This document shows positions 11,945-22,842 of a DNA stretch of 64,000 nt, in pieces. The position numbers and the translations under genes were made by a program. Below the pieces are notes generated by a model. It had not been told where the DNA came from and did no database searches. It was given only the letters and a program-made list of their open reading frames with translations. How positions within the stretch are numbered: position 1 is the first letter of the stretch; each line of letters opens with the position of its first letter. The stretch is from Cyanidioschyzon merolae (taxonomy: Eukaryota). Location: NCBI GenBank assembly GCA_000091205.1, contig AP006488.2. One strand, written 5' to 3'.

Positions 11945-13450
11945 CAGACGCCTCTCAGCCTTTTTCGACGCGCCGCCTGCTATCGGTTTCAGGTTATGCA
12001 GACGAGCCTCGACCCTCAGAGTCTTTCCCAAGAAGCTGGATCGTTTCAGATCCTCGGATCTTATCGTCAACACCGCACATCTTCTGATACTGATGGCGGT
12101 GTTGAAGTCTCGATTCAGAAACTCCTTGCGTGCATTACCGTTGGTTGAACACACCGATGCAAGAATTGCTAGAACTCATGCCCTCTGCGATATCATAGTC
12201 TTGTCATCATCGCGTCGCGCACACAATTTTTGTCGACTGTCTCCCTTGTTCTTCGTCTTCTTCGTTACGTGCCCTTCTTTGTTCGATTGTCGGCGGGATG
12301 ACGATTTTTCCGTTTGTTTTCGGCAGCTGGCGATGACGGCCCGCCAGGATCTTGGACTTCCATGTCCTTAACGTGCCCTTGGATATTTTATTTTTCCGAA
12401 TGTACTCGCTCCTGTATGCCCTTAGGTGAGGATCTTCCTGGATGGAATCGATTTTGCGGAAGAAGGATGATACGTGCGTCGGTGTCACCGCCCAGAACGC
12501 TACAGCGATTTGCCCTGTGGAGCGATTATTACATTCCATTACAAAAAAACAGTCAGACGATATGGTAGAACAACAAAAAGTTCTATGCAATGAAAAGCGG
12601 ATCTAGCCCAACAAAATGGGCAAACGCTTGGGCGTAACGAGAATGGTGAAATATCACGTTGTCCAGCAGAAGGACGTCGCCAGGCGTCAGCCAAAATTCT
12701 TCAATGATTCAACGCAGGGTGTGGTATTGTGTAAGCGATCTCTATGAGCGAATTTGAGGCTTCAAGATCAAACCATTCCAACTACCAAAGATGATGGTGT
12801 CGTCGTTCTCTTCCAGTTCGATTGTGTAAACAACGGGTGCCCCGTCCGCGAAAAAGACATGTACGCTCCGAGCGTCTCATCCGAAGCAAGTCCGATCGAC
12901 TGGAAAGAACCTGCGGATGTCGGTGTGCTTCATATCGTCCGCTGAGTTCCAGGAATTCTGCAGCTGAGATTTCAGTGGAAAATGGCCGCGCGTGAAATTC
13001 GGCTCTTTACGACTGTATCCCTGTGTTATCAGGACTACGTGAATCAGCTTGTGGGACAGAGAAACGCCTGTGGCGGCTATTACGGCTGCTTTTGCTTTTG
13101 GTAAGATGACCAACGGGTCGTTGTCTACCATTAACCGCAAGCAGTCTTTAAAAGTATCGGTTTTTGTTGGCACGTGGCACAATTGCTTTCTTTCATTGCT
13201 CCTTAAGTATTAGAGTGCTGTTGTATGACTGATCTGTAGGAGGAATACAGTCCTCCTTGCACTATGCAATAGAGAATATATCCGATAGTCAATTCGTCTA
13301 CGATCTGTACATGACTTTGCGTAGTGATTTCGACCGCTTACTAGAAACTGCGAAAATCCAGGCGGAAACACACAGAGGGACAGGAACCCAATGAAGTTGA
13401 AACTCTTTAATGCAACGGCGCACTTGCGACCGGCAATCTGCCGACAATGC
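11945..13450 (-). mobile_element. Family-1 Fanzor/TnpB-associated element, internally deleted non-autonomous copy D (minus orientation)
   Basis: Minus-strand ORFs 12207-12590 (N-terminal-like, 'KNKISKG...IEQRRARNEEDEEQ') and 11891-12154 ('KEFLNRDFNTAISIRRCAVL...LKPIAGGASKKAERRL') match the ends of the long copy at 20389-22704. The 3' terminus 'GGCTGAGAGGCGTCTG' is the complement of 11945-11960. The 5' region shares the conserved hairpin 13238-13257 with copies A and B. The 5' boundary is approximate, +/-150 bp. Confidence 0.55.
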
Positions 13451-13510
13451 AGACGTGATGTTTCCAACTACGCTGTTCCAACACATTTCAGGGTTGTACT
13501 TCTAGACGGT

Positions 13511-14044
13511 ATGGCATCTCAGGTGCCTGTCCTAGAGCCGCAAACCTTGCTAGAGGATCCGACTGGTCTGGTGAAGTCGTCACCACAAGGAGCGCGTCCC
13601 TATCTGGAACAACTCGAACTTCAGATTCGATATCGAAGAGCTTTAGAGCTTCGACTAAACTCGCGGCTCCAGGGACTGGAGTCGAAGGTTTCCGATCTCG
13701 AATCTGCGCTGGAGACGCTTGAATTTCTGCACACTGATAACACCGGTGAGCTGCAGCTGCTGGGGGAACTCGAGACCCGCTTCGAACTGTGCGACGGCGT
13801 CTACGCTCGCGCGGTGATTGATCGACAGTCCCTCAAAACAGTGTTTCTGTGGCTTGGGGCGAAGACTATGGTTGAGTTTTCCTGCGAAGAGGCGAAAGCC
13901 CTTCTTGAGAGGAATCTGGATCTGGCTCGAAAGTCAGTGAGGGAGCTGAAAGAGCAGCTCAATACGGTCCGTTCTGAAATAGTGACTGCGGAAGTGAACA
14001 TGTCACGTTTGTACAACGCGGAAGTTGAATTGCGAAGAAAATAA
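13511..14044 (+). CDS. PFD3: Prefoldin subunit 3 (VBP1-like, prefoldin alpha class)
   Basis: Two coiled-coil arms. '...VFLWLGAKTMVEFSCEEAKALLERNLDLARKSVRELKEQLNTVRSEIVTAEVNMSRLYNAEVELRRK' parallels the VBP1 C-terminus '...LWLGANVMLEY...TTEVNMARVYNWDVKRR'. ATG at 13511. Confidence 0.75.
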   Translation: MASQVPVLEPQTLLEDPTGLVKSSPQGARPYLEQLELQIRYRRALELRLNSRLQGLESKVSDLESALETLEFLHTDNTGELQLLGELETRFELCDGVYARAVIDRQSLKTVFLWLGAKTMVEFSCEEAKALLERNLDLARKSVRELKEQLNTVRSEIVTAEVNMSRLYNAEVELRRK

Positions 14045-14169
14045 TGACTTAGAATGAGGCGAGAAAGGAAACCGTCTAGAAGAGTGTCTCGGTCTCGACA
14101 AGATGCTGGTTCTTGTCAACGGTTGCTTTGGTATCGATTTCCTCAAGGATGTTTCTGTGTGTAATGATC

Positions 14170-16423
14170 GGTTATACTCAAAGCACTGAATTTTGGAACA
14201 GCTGTGCTGGCTCACCTTTTATGTTTTTGTTTGTCTTTCTCTCAGGTCCCTCATAAAAGCAATCCATCCTTTGGGTGCGAGAACGCTCGCGGAAACACCA
14301 AAGGCCCTCACTGCCAGCTTGCGAGCATAAGGGCTTCAGTTCTACGAGTGAGTCACTCTGTGGGTTCACCAAGCGAATGAGCTACACGTCGCCTGGCCCT
14401 GATCCTGGGGCTCGGGAGCCCAAAACAGAACTTATCCAGCGCTACCCCAACGATTGCCTCTTCTTCTGCGCATTCCACTCCATGCGTACGCTGACAATGA
14501 CTCCAAAACATGCGGCAGGGTGTCGAGTTTCCACACCCTTCATACGAATGGTGATGAAGAGTCACCGATGGAATACGCAGAAGCACGCGGCTATGGGAGG
14601 CCTTTGCGCGTCGCATACCTGGTCATCGATTCCGTATGGAAACACGAGCTCGTATTCCGCGGGCAACGGACGTTTGCCGCTCTCGATGAGACACGTCCAG
14701 CTACGGACGCTCGACATGTGGCTAGGTACGCCACGAAGGGCATATTGCCGTCCTACACGACGACACAAGCGAGCATGAAGCCACCATGTGCTCCAGTGGC
14801 GACCACATCCCGCAGTTGCCACCGAGCCGCCAAACAGACATGTCCCTTCGACACACCTGATCGTTCGTCGACGCACTTTTGGCTTCTTGGTCCCACTCTC
14901 ATCTGCCGCGATCTCAGAAGAGATCGCTGTCCAGTACGCCGTAGGTGCCATCGAGTACACACGCGAGGGCGGCGTTGAGCGGCTCGGCGATCCTGCATAC
15001 TGGTTCAGGTTCAGAGCAGTCAAAGGCCCCTTGTCGGTTGTCAACCGCCATACAAGCGCTCGCGGATCTATAGACGACGAGTCGTTCGCATCCGTGGACC
15101 CGAAAGCCGCAGAACGCCTTCAGAGCTCGCGCAGCTTCGTTCCCGGCGGATGCTCGCGCAGCTTCTCTAGCTTTGGTGCACCTCGTCCAGCAGCAGCTGT
15201 TCAGAGCAGCTGCGCATGCAGAGGAGCCAGCTGTGCGCATTCCTCGGGGCGTGCTCGAGCGAGCCTTTCCGAGGCACAGTACAGCTGATGCTCTGCACAG
15301 AGGATGCGATACGGCGTGCTCGTGAACTAGCGGAATTGCAAACAAACACATAAACACGCTTACTCACATACACATAAACACAAACACACATTCTAGCGTA
15401 CCTTGACCTGCACGCTACCGCATCAGCGAACGCAAGTGCTACAGTATAGGTCCCTGAAGGAATCGAATGAGCACCACTATCCTCGAGCAGCTGCAGTTCC
15501 GCGCTGAGCGCTCCATGAGGCGCACGCTTTTGATGCCGCATCCTACACTCAGTGGCCGAGAAAAGCGTGACTGATGCAGCGGATTCATGGCGCGTCGATA
15601 GAGCTAAACTGCGGAATAGTGGCGGAGACTGCACTGGCAGCGGACTCGGAAGCGCTGCCCCAACGCCAGCCAGAGTCGCCCTCGCACCGAGCCGACAAGC
15701 TGGCTTTCGCTAGCGCGTTCCGTGAGTCGGAGAACAAAGTGGCCGATCAACTGCGTCGTTTGGAGGGAGCGTACGGCGTGGAGCACGCTACAGCGCACAG
15801 GCGCTTCTCTCCATTTCGCTTGACACGAGCGTACGTCGAGTGCAGTGATCGGCTCTGCAGGACGCTCACCGACGCGTTCAGCACACCGTACGCACAGCGC
15901 GAGCACGAGCACGAGCACGAGCACGAACTCACAACGAAACAGGTAGCGTGGACGAGTGTGAAGCAGTGCCGGACGCTCTAGACGGTGTACGGCAAGCTTG
16001 CCGGACGTCCGACGGCGATGCAACTGGACGCGGCAGGCTCTCTGGGGCGTGACCCCCACCCCCCCGGCAGCGACGTACTGTAGGGCTCTCACTCTCCCCG
16101 AAACTCGAACGCCAGGCTCAGCGTCTGGAAATATGTCGGGCGTGTGGAGCGTCCAGCGAGTTTGTGCCGAACGAGTTCGCCAACGAATCCACGAGGTCTC
16201 AGTGTGGGCGTTGCGGTGAAACGCGACAGACTACCGATGCAGCACTATCAGAGGCGAGTTGCCAGGAGAGCGAGTCCAACGGGTTTCCGCCTGGAGTTAG
16301 ACACCGAAATGGTACGTTTCAGGAAACCAGCGAGTTTGGTGTGTCGTTTATATACACCGGGATCGGTTCTTCTTCGCGGATACTGAACGATAATGGTTTT
16401 CAGCTATTCGATGCTAATGAGTA
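14170..16423 (+). repeat. R1 dispersed repeat, copy 3
   Basis: Near-identical to copies 1 and 2. It ends 18 bp before the stop codon of the convergent ApaG gene. Confidence 0.85.
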
Positions 16424-16440
16424 CAGCCTCCGTCACTCTT

Positions 16441-17472
16441 TCAGATAAAGAAACCAAAGCGCCCAATTTTCACTTCGAAACTGAGTTCACCCAATGCGCC
16501 AGTCACAAACCGGTACGAGCCTTCCATTGACCCAACCAACTCGCCCGCCGCAGCAGGCCTCTTGAGTTTTATGGGGCATGCCGAAGTGTAAGTGAACTCC
16601 TCACCGCGCTCCAGCACGGGTTGCTTGCCAATCACGCCGGGGCCGCGAACCTCGGAAACGAGGCCCTCCTTTGTCTGAATACGCCAATAGCGGGCAACGA
16701 GCTGGATGGTCTTCGACGTCTCATTCACAATGCGGACGTTATACCCGAAGAGATACTCCCCTGCCTCAGGTTTGGAGTCTTCGAGACGATAGAATGTTTC
16801 CACGCGAACGCGGACACCATTGTCCACCGTGTCGGTAACGTTTGTTAGTCTCTGCTCCGCCTCTTGTGAAGAAGCAGGCGCTGGATTCGGCGTCGAACCG
16901 AAGGCTGCTTCAAGTCGCTTCAAGGCAGCCGAGAGCTCCGGCGAGGGTTTCGGATGCCTTGAGCCCCGCTTTCGACCCGCCTCCGGGAACGCGCTCCTTC
17001 TCGTGTCGGACGCCTTGCGACCAGTGTCTTTTTTCTGTGGTCCGGTACGTTTTTCCACAGCATGTTCCACTGGCGGCGGCGACTCCTTCGACAGCGCCTC
17101 ACGGAGCGCTTGAATCTCCTCTTCGCGCTTTGCCTCCTCAGCTTTCAGCAACGCCTGCTTGAGGTAGACGAAGCGGTCCGTTTGACGCGCTTCGTGCGCT
17201 TCATCTCGCAAACGTGCCGCATCCTCGAAACGCTCTTCTTCCACAGCACGTCGAACTTCCTCTTCGAGATGAAAGATGCGTTTCCAGAGAGCTCTGCGCG
17301 AGTTTTCGTCAAGTCGTGGCGGTGCTCTTTGAAGCGAATCCAGGCCGTTCACACACATTCGCGGACGTCGACCACGAGCCGTGGCAGTCGGAAACCGCAC
17401 ATGACCCACACGAACGCACTTGTAGCTCGCCCTGGGTGCCTTGGGTAAGAAAAAACTCACGTTTGCAAACAT
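16441..17472 (-). CDS. ApaG-domain protein with an N-terminal UVR-like helix
   Basis: The C-terminal ~120 aa, 'GVRVRVETFYRLEDS...YLFGYNVRIVNETSKTIQLVARYWRIQTKEGLVSEVRGPGVIGKQPVLERGEEFTYTSACPIKL...GSMEGSYRF', fits the ApaG/DUF525 fold as in FBXO3 and POLDIP2. 'RFEDAARLRDEAHEARQ' resembles a UVR motif. ATG at complement 17470-17472. Confidence 0.65.
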   Translation of the reverse strand: MFANVSFFLPKAPRASYKCVRVGHVRFPTATARGRRPRMCVNGLDSLQRAPPRLDENSRRALWKRIFHLEEEVRRAVEEERFEDAARLRDEAHEARQTDRFVYLKQALLKAEEAKREEEIQALREALSKESPPPVEHAVEKRTGPQKKDTGRKASDTRRSAFPEAGRKRGSRHPKPSPELSAALKRLEAAFGSTPNPAPASSQEAEQRLTNVTDTVDNGVRVRVETFYRLEDSKPEAGEYLFGYNVRIVNETSKTIQLVARYWRIQTKEGLVSEVRGPGVIGKQPVLERGEEFTYTSACPIKLKRPAAAGELVGSMEGSYRFVTGALGELSFEVKIGRFGFFI

Positions 17473-19399
17473 TTGTTTGGAGGTACACAGAGCACTTCAC
17501 GTTATCACACAGTTGTTCCCCAGGCAGGGGGTTCACCAGATCACAACGGATTCGCGAAGCAGCATCCACGCTCGAATCGGGAGCTCCGTGCGCCCTCGCC
17601 TGGGGCGAAGGCGCTCCCTGGGCTTTCTCTGACAAGCGAAGCTGACTCCGTGCCGGAACACCGGCCGGCAATGGGGTTGCCTCTGGGTGCCTGTGTCCCT
17701 GTGTGCATAGGATTCTGGAAGGAAAAAAACTTCGACTCTGGGGCGTACGCTCTCCTTGGCCAGAGAAGGTTTGGAAGCGGGGGCCTCTGATGTCGTCCTT
17801 ATCAGCTAGGTGGGAAATCTTTCGAAAATCGATTTGTCTATGAGCATCGATGTTCGTACTGAATCATGCCCATGTCAGACGGAAATGGAATAAGTCTCGC
17901 CTGGCTAGCTCGGACGTACACACTAACGTTTGTATCTCTTCCCACTGCCTTCAATACCAGACGTCGTGAGTTTTTTTCTGTGATTGCGTTCTTTTCCTCG
18001 CTCTTATTCCCTGTTTAGAACACGCCAGTCTCTCTTGGCCAACAAGATCCGTTCTTAGTAGTCGATGTATGTTGATGACGGCTTCAGAGTTCCGATTATT
18101 TCTCTTTCGGCAGCTGCCGACGCGCTGCATGCACAGATGATAGATATGAGTCACGATTCGCTTACAAGATTCATATTATTTTAATGTAGCCTCGAAGCGC
18201 CCTTCGCAGCGGTGACACTTGACCATGGTCAGGTTTTCACATATGCCTACCACCTCACCTACTCGTTCAAGGGCCGCCCTACGCCCTGTAAACGCATACT
18301 CTGTTGCTCGGCTCACGTCCTTGGCTGTTACAGAAGGCTCCGATCGATAACCCGCTCCGATTACGGACCCGGTGCCATACCCTGTGATCAGGGGCTTCAT
18401 CCGCGCGATCCCCTCGGCGGGAACGCTCTCCGCTGCACGTACTCCCTGTTCTGTGCTATAGAGGATTTGTGGAATGCCACGTTGTCCATGATGAAACAAG
18501 TCCCGAAACGAAGGTCGACGCTACAGACCAGATCCAGGAATTTCGATCTGTATATGCTGCTTTCGTGCAAACCGCTGTCGCACATTCCATTAAAAACGAT
18601 TGCTCCGATGGTTAAATTCCGAGTCCGAGACAGGTTCCCATACAAAACAAAGAGTCAGGAACCTTTCGGAGCGTACCCGTTGAGACGCATCACGCTGCTG
18701 TCGACTGCCGTTTCGTCGCTGGCGAAAGGACTGGAGGATTTGTCTTTCCAGTGGACTTGATGACATGTCTTGGCAAGTTCAATGAATACTCAGCATGAGC
18801 TTGTGCACAAGCCATCAGCGGGCATTGTATTATTCCCCCGTCAATGCAGCTGGCAAATTCGCTTCGCCTACTGGTCGCCTTGAAATAGGAAAACCGAAGC
18901 TTGAAGAATGCGTGGTTTGAACGCGTCGTTCGTTGGAGAAGGAGCACTGCGGAGGCCTCTAAGTATGAATGGCATGATGGAATCGGCTGTTTGTCAACTG
19001 CCGCTCATGGTTGTCGAGAAGCATCCCAATTCTCGTGATGTAACAAATTTCAGCGATAGCGAATCGAAGGATCCACAACAGAAAGACGACCGAGAATCCT
19101 AAAACTACACAAGAATCCCTTAGCTCCTACTTCTGCATCTTAAGTGTAGAGGCTGTACGCCTGGAAGAAAGTTCGGAAAAATCTATAGGCAGGAGTATAG
19201 CAAATGGTTCTACTCCTTTTGTTAATCTGATACGGGCTCGGTCCCGACGCACGTTCACGAACGTTGCAGCATTCTCAAGCAGTGCTGCCTTGCGGAACGC
19301 GTGTAGCACGTATTGCCGCTCAATTCCATAAAAAACATAATTGTCTTATTTATGTAGGCGTGTTTTGCCTTGTCCAGAATGACGCACTTGCACGCTGTT

Positions 19400-22300
19400 T
19401 GCCAACGTGGACAAAGATCGATTTGGACGTGCACGCTATCCAGCGGTCTTTGGAGCTTCGCGCACTGTTTCGGGGGTTTTTCTCAATGACAAAACGTTTA
19501 CATTTACCATGGATTTCAGATTGCGGGATGCATCATGGCTTTTAGGTTAGCATCCATCATGAAGCACCTACCACCAAGCTCCATTACCCATACTTCCTCT
19601 CGGATATTCTGGTCGTTTCGCACGCTCCATCGTGTGCCGAGTGCCTGCCGTGAGCACCCGCCATCGCGCTTAGACCGCTGAAGCAGATGCTGCGCGGAGA
19701 CAGAACGGTTTTGCCATACTACTGTGGGCGTCGGCTCGCGGAATCCTGTATCTGATACGCAATCTCGGCGAATTATCATTCTGGGAGCCTGCAAGCTGCG
19801 CAGTCAGAGGCGCTGTTTGCGACAGCGCAAAGCGATGTAGAAGGGTCCACTAGGACCCGGTCGACGCCCCAATGCGGCATACCTTCTACGAGTCCCAGAT
19901 TAAACTGCATTTCGGACGAGTCGCTCAGACCTTGCAGCGGCATATGTCACTTAAGAAACACGTAGCACCAGCCTACCAGACTAGTCCGGCTCGCGGTGCC
20001 TTCTGCCTAGAAGGTAAACTTTAGACAATACGGGAACATTTGTCCCCTTTGAACGTTAATCGTAGAGGAGGAAAAATATATAAAGAGTCGCAGGTGAATC
20101 CAGAGTCTCTGCTTTTTATTCTAAATAGCGCACTCGATACGCGCACATAGGACATCTGACAGTCACCGGATACGACGTCCATGTCGCCGTTGAAGGGAAA
20201 CGCGATCGTGATCAACAGCGTGTTGTACTGCCGGTAAAGTTGGACTTGCGTTAGAGTCATAGCAATGTATAGTTCTTCAATTCAATTTTGTTTCAGCCTT
20301 CAAGTAAGTATATTCAAGTGATTTTTCGCGAGTTCTGGTAGAAGCGTTCCATGAACGTTCTTTTCCAAAAAAATAAAAAAGGAAAGTTATGGAAGAGCAC
20401 GTCGACAATTGTGGAAGCCTGGTGTCGCCGGCTGGCAGAAAAAAACGAAAAACAGAGCCTATCCCGCAGGAACAGGAGAGGACGAAGAAGCGAAGGCAGG
20501 AGGCCCTACGTGGAAGGCTCCAAAAAAGACAACTGTACGACGAGATGGTGGTGAAATCCTGTCTTCGTAAACGTATCAGGGATCCATACAAGGAAAGGTT
20601 GCGAGACGCTATCAGAAACCTTGTCGATTCGTACTCCAAGAAGGATGTAAAGACATCGTCAGGACTAGCGCATTTGGCGAAGGAGATGTACGAAGATGTG
20701 GCGCATATGGAAACAGTCGAGGGTCTGGGCTAGTTCTTCAACATGACCATGATTCGTCGTCTGATGCTTGGTACAGGGGAATCTTCGACGAAAAAAGAGC
20801 TATTGCAAGCCCTCCGCGAAAACTTCGCGGAATTCCACTTCGAGGGTACTCGATACAGGGGTGACCGGGATATTTACACATGCGGGGCGATGAAGTTCAT
20901 CATGAACGTAAAGAACCATTTGACGATGAACCTCGAAAGTTTCATGATGAGCGCCGTGTTTGCGCTATACCTGGGCATCTCTCGCAAAGGAAAATGAGCG
21001 ATTATCAATGGCATCACGAACGATCGCCAGCATGAAAATGAGGTATAATTTGTCGACAAGAGGGCGTCAAAAGAGAGCACGGATGAAGCTTCTGTGATCC
21101 GTGCGGCTATTCAAGAGCACCGTGCAGTCTTAGGGTTGGTGAATCTAGCAGAAAAGATATCAGCGTTGAAAAAAGATAAGGAAAGATACTATCGCCTCGT
21201 CCTGCGCTATTTTGTGTTTCCGGACCGTGAACTCGAACGCAAGGCAGAGATGAAGCTGAGTGAGGAGACAAAAAAAGAGTGGTAGAGACGGAAGGCTTTT
21301 CTAATGGGGAAGCGCTTCAACGTCGTTCCAATGTGCAACATCAAGTCACATTTCGTGACTATCGACTAAAGAATCCTTCACGGCATCATGAAGGAGATGT
21401 GTCCGGAGTTCGATGTTAGCAGGGAGGAGTTCTCCGGTGAAAACCGGGAGACGTACTGGAAGAATATCTTCAGTTTCAAACGTCTGAGAGTGAGCAAGCA
21501 AAAGTTGTTTACTGGGATGATTGAAACCGATGGAGTAGCCTTGTGTATACACTATCGGCGGTTGAAGAGAGATCGTCCAGTTCCCCCCTCGGCGAACCAT
21601 GAAGATGAGAAAGAGGCGGATCTTGCGACGCAGGAGGTAGAGGATAACGACCTCGTCGTTGGCGTGACGAAGGATGAAGATGAGAAGAAGGAGGATCCTG
21701 CGACGCAGGAGATGCAGGATAACGACCTTGTCGTTGGCGCGACGAAGCATGAAGAAAAGAAGTAGGCGTGCCTTGAGACGAAGAAATTGCAGGATAACGA
21801 CTTTGTCGTTGGCGCGGACCCCGGAAACACAAATATCATCACCATCGCAGCACCGAAGCGTGCAGAAGAATGTACTGACGGCAACTTGCGTCCGAAAGAC
21901 ATGCGTCTTTTGAGGTTCTCGAGAGCGAGATACTATCAAGAATCCGGTATAATGAATGCAAGGAAGAAAATCGTTACGTAGAATGCAGGAATGAAGGATC
22001 ACCTGGAAGCTTTGAGCTAGGTGACAAGTCGAGGAGCGGACTTTGAAGCTTTTCGGAAATTCATGGAAGTTCGCATTGCGCATTGGGATGCGCTGTGGGA
22101 GGAGTATACAAAGCCCCGGCGGGCTCGTTTGCGAATGAATTTGTATTGTGGGAAGCAGCGGGCGTTCGCGAACTTTTTCAGTCAGTTGAGTGCCCTCAAA
22201 GAGGATGAAACTCAGCGGCTAGTAGTGGCGTACGGAGCAGGGCGCTAGATGACCCAAAAAGGGACTACGCCAGCTCCAACGACAAGAACATTCAAAGAGT

Positions 22301-22704
22301 GTGCACGGCGTTTTGTTACAATACCGATAGATGAGTTCCGAACGTCCTATACACACCATGAACTGGGATGTACACTTCAGCGAGTGGAGATGGAAAAGTG
22401 TCAGCGGAGCCCTGAGGAAATAGCAAAGTACGGACCACTGACGGAAGAGCAAATGGAAAGGAGGGTGAAAGTTCGTGGACTCCTTGCACTAGTAAGTACA
22501 ACGTCTAATGGCAAGAAACGAACGGAGTTTGTGAACCGTGACTTTAATGCCGCTATCAATATATGCAGATGTGCGGTGCTGGAGAGTAGACCTCCAAGGT
22601 CGACAAGAGTGAACTTTGTTGGACAACCCGTCAAAGTCGAACTATATGAGAATAAATTGGAACCAATAATAGGTGGCCGGTCCAAAAAGGCTGGGAGGCG
22701 TCTG
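19400..22704 (+). mobile_element. Family-1 near-full-length Fanzor/TnpB-bearing element (copy E): about 0.9-kb 5' 'F' region plus a 2.3-kb nuclease pseudogene
   Basis: The 5' part (about 19400-20300) is homologous to 54320-55100 and 46500-46760. The body is one reading frame from 20389 encoding NLS-like 'RKKRKTEP...KKRRQE', RuvC-I '[15 protein letters not shown]', 'IDEFRTS...C', RuvC-III 'EFVNRDFNAAINI' and 'LEPIIGGRSKKAGRRL'. The terminus is at 'GGCTGGGAGGCGTCTG' (22689-22704), where all five family-1 copies diverge into unrelated flank. The 5' boundary is uncertain. Confidence 0.55.
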
Positions 22705-22842
22705 CACATCAGCTGGAGAGTTCTTCTCCAGGGCCCCGGTCGCCACTACTGTACACTGCTGCCGGTAGCAACAAGTAGCAAAAGTTCAACCGACGAGTCC
22801 ACGGATGGATACTCGGCCAAAAGGTTCAGGTCACCGTTTTAG
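20389..22842 (+). pseudogene. Fanzor/TnpB-like RuvC nuclease (OrfB_Zn_ribbon-type) pseudogene
   Basis: One continuous frame; all seven ORF-track pieces start at coordinates congruent to 1 mod 3. It is interrupted by 10 in-frame stops (TAG at 20731, 21283, 21763, 21979, 22018, 22246; TGA at 20995; TAA at 21046, 21367) with no frameshift. The open frame continues 138 nt past the element terminus to TAG at 22840. Confidence 0.7.
21615..21830 (+). repeat. Internal about 72-bp x2.5 tandem duplication inside the nuclease ORF
   Basis: The repeated peptide 'KEDPATQE(V/M)(E/Q)DNDLVVG(V/A)TK(D/H)E(D/E)(E)KK' sits immediately upstream of RuvC-I '[16 protein letters not shown]' and duplicates its lead-in. 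Confidence 0.8.

Noticed and set aside
13391-13510. Extension of L-region homology between copies A and D further upstream, into the prefoldin 5' region.
   Set aside because: Apparent matches there are short and gapped, and were judged by eye only. Element boundaries at A about 24390 and D about 13450 are given as approximate.
18176-18499. Minus-strand ORF ending '...VVGICENLTMVKCHRCEGRFE', superficially like ribosomal protein bL36 ('VICENPKHKQRQG').
   Set aside because: The similarity is limited to about 6 residues, and the length and context are wrong.
20389-22842. Stop-codon reassignment (TAG as a sense codon) as an explanation for the in-frame TAGs in the nuclease gene.
   Set aside because: Host genes in the same window terminate with TAG (SNF1 at 7335, the efflux-carrier gene at 3229). 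TGA and TAA also interrupt the frame.
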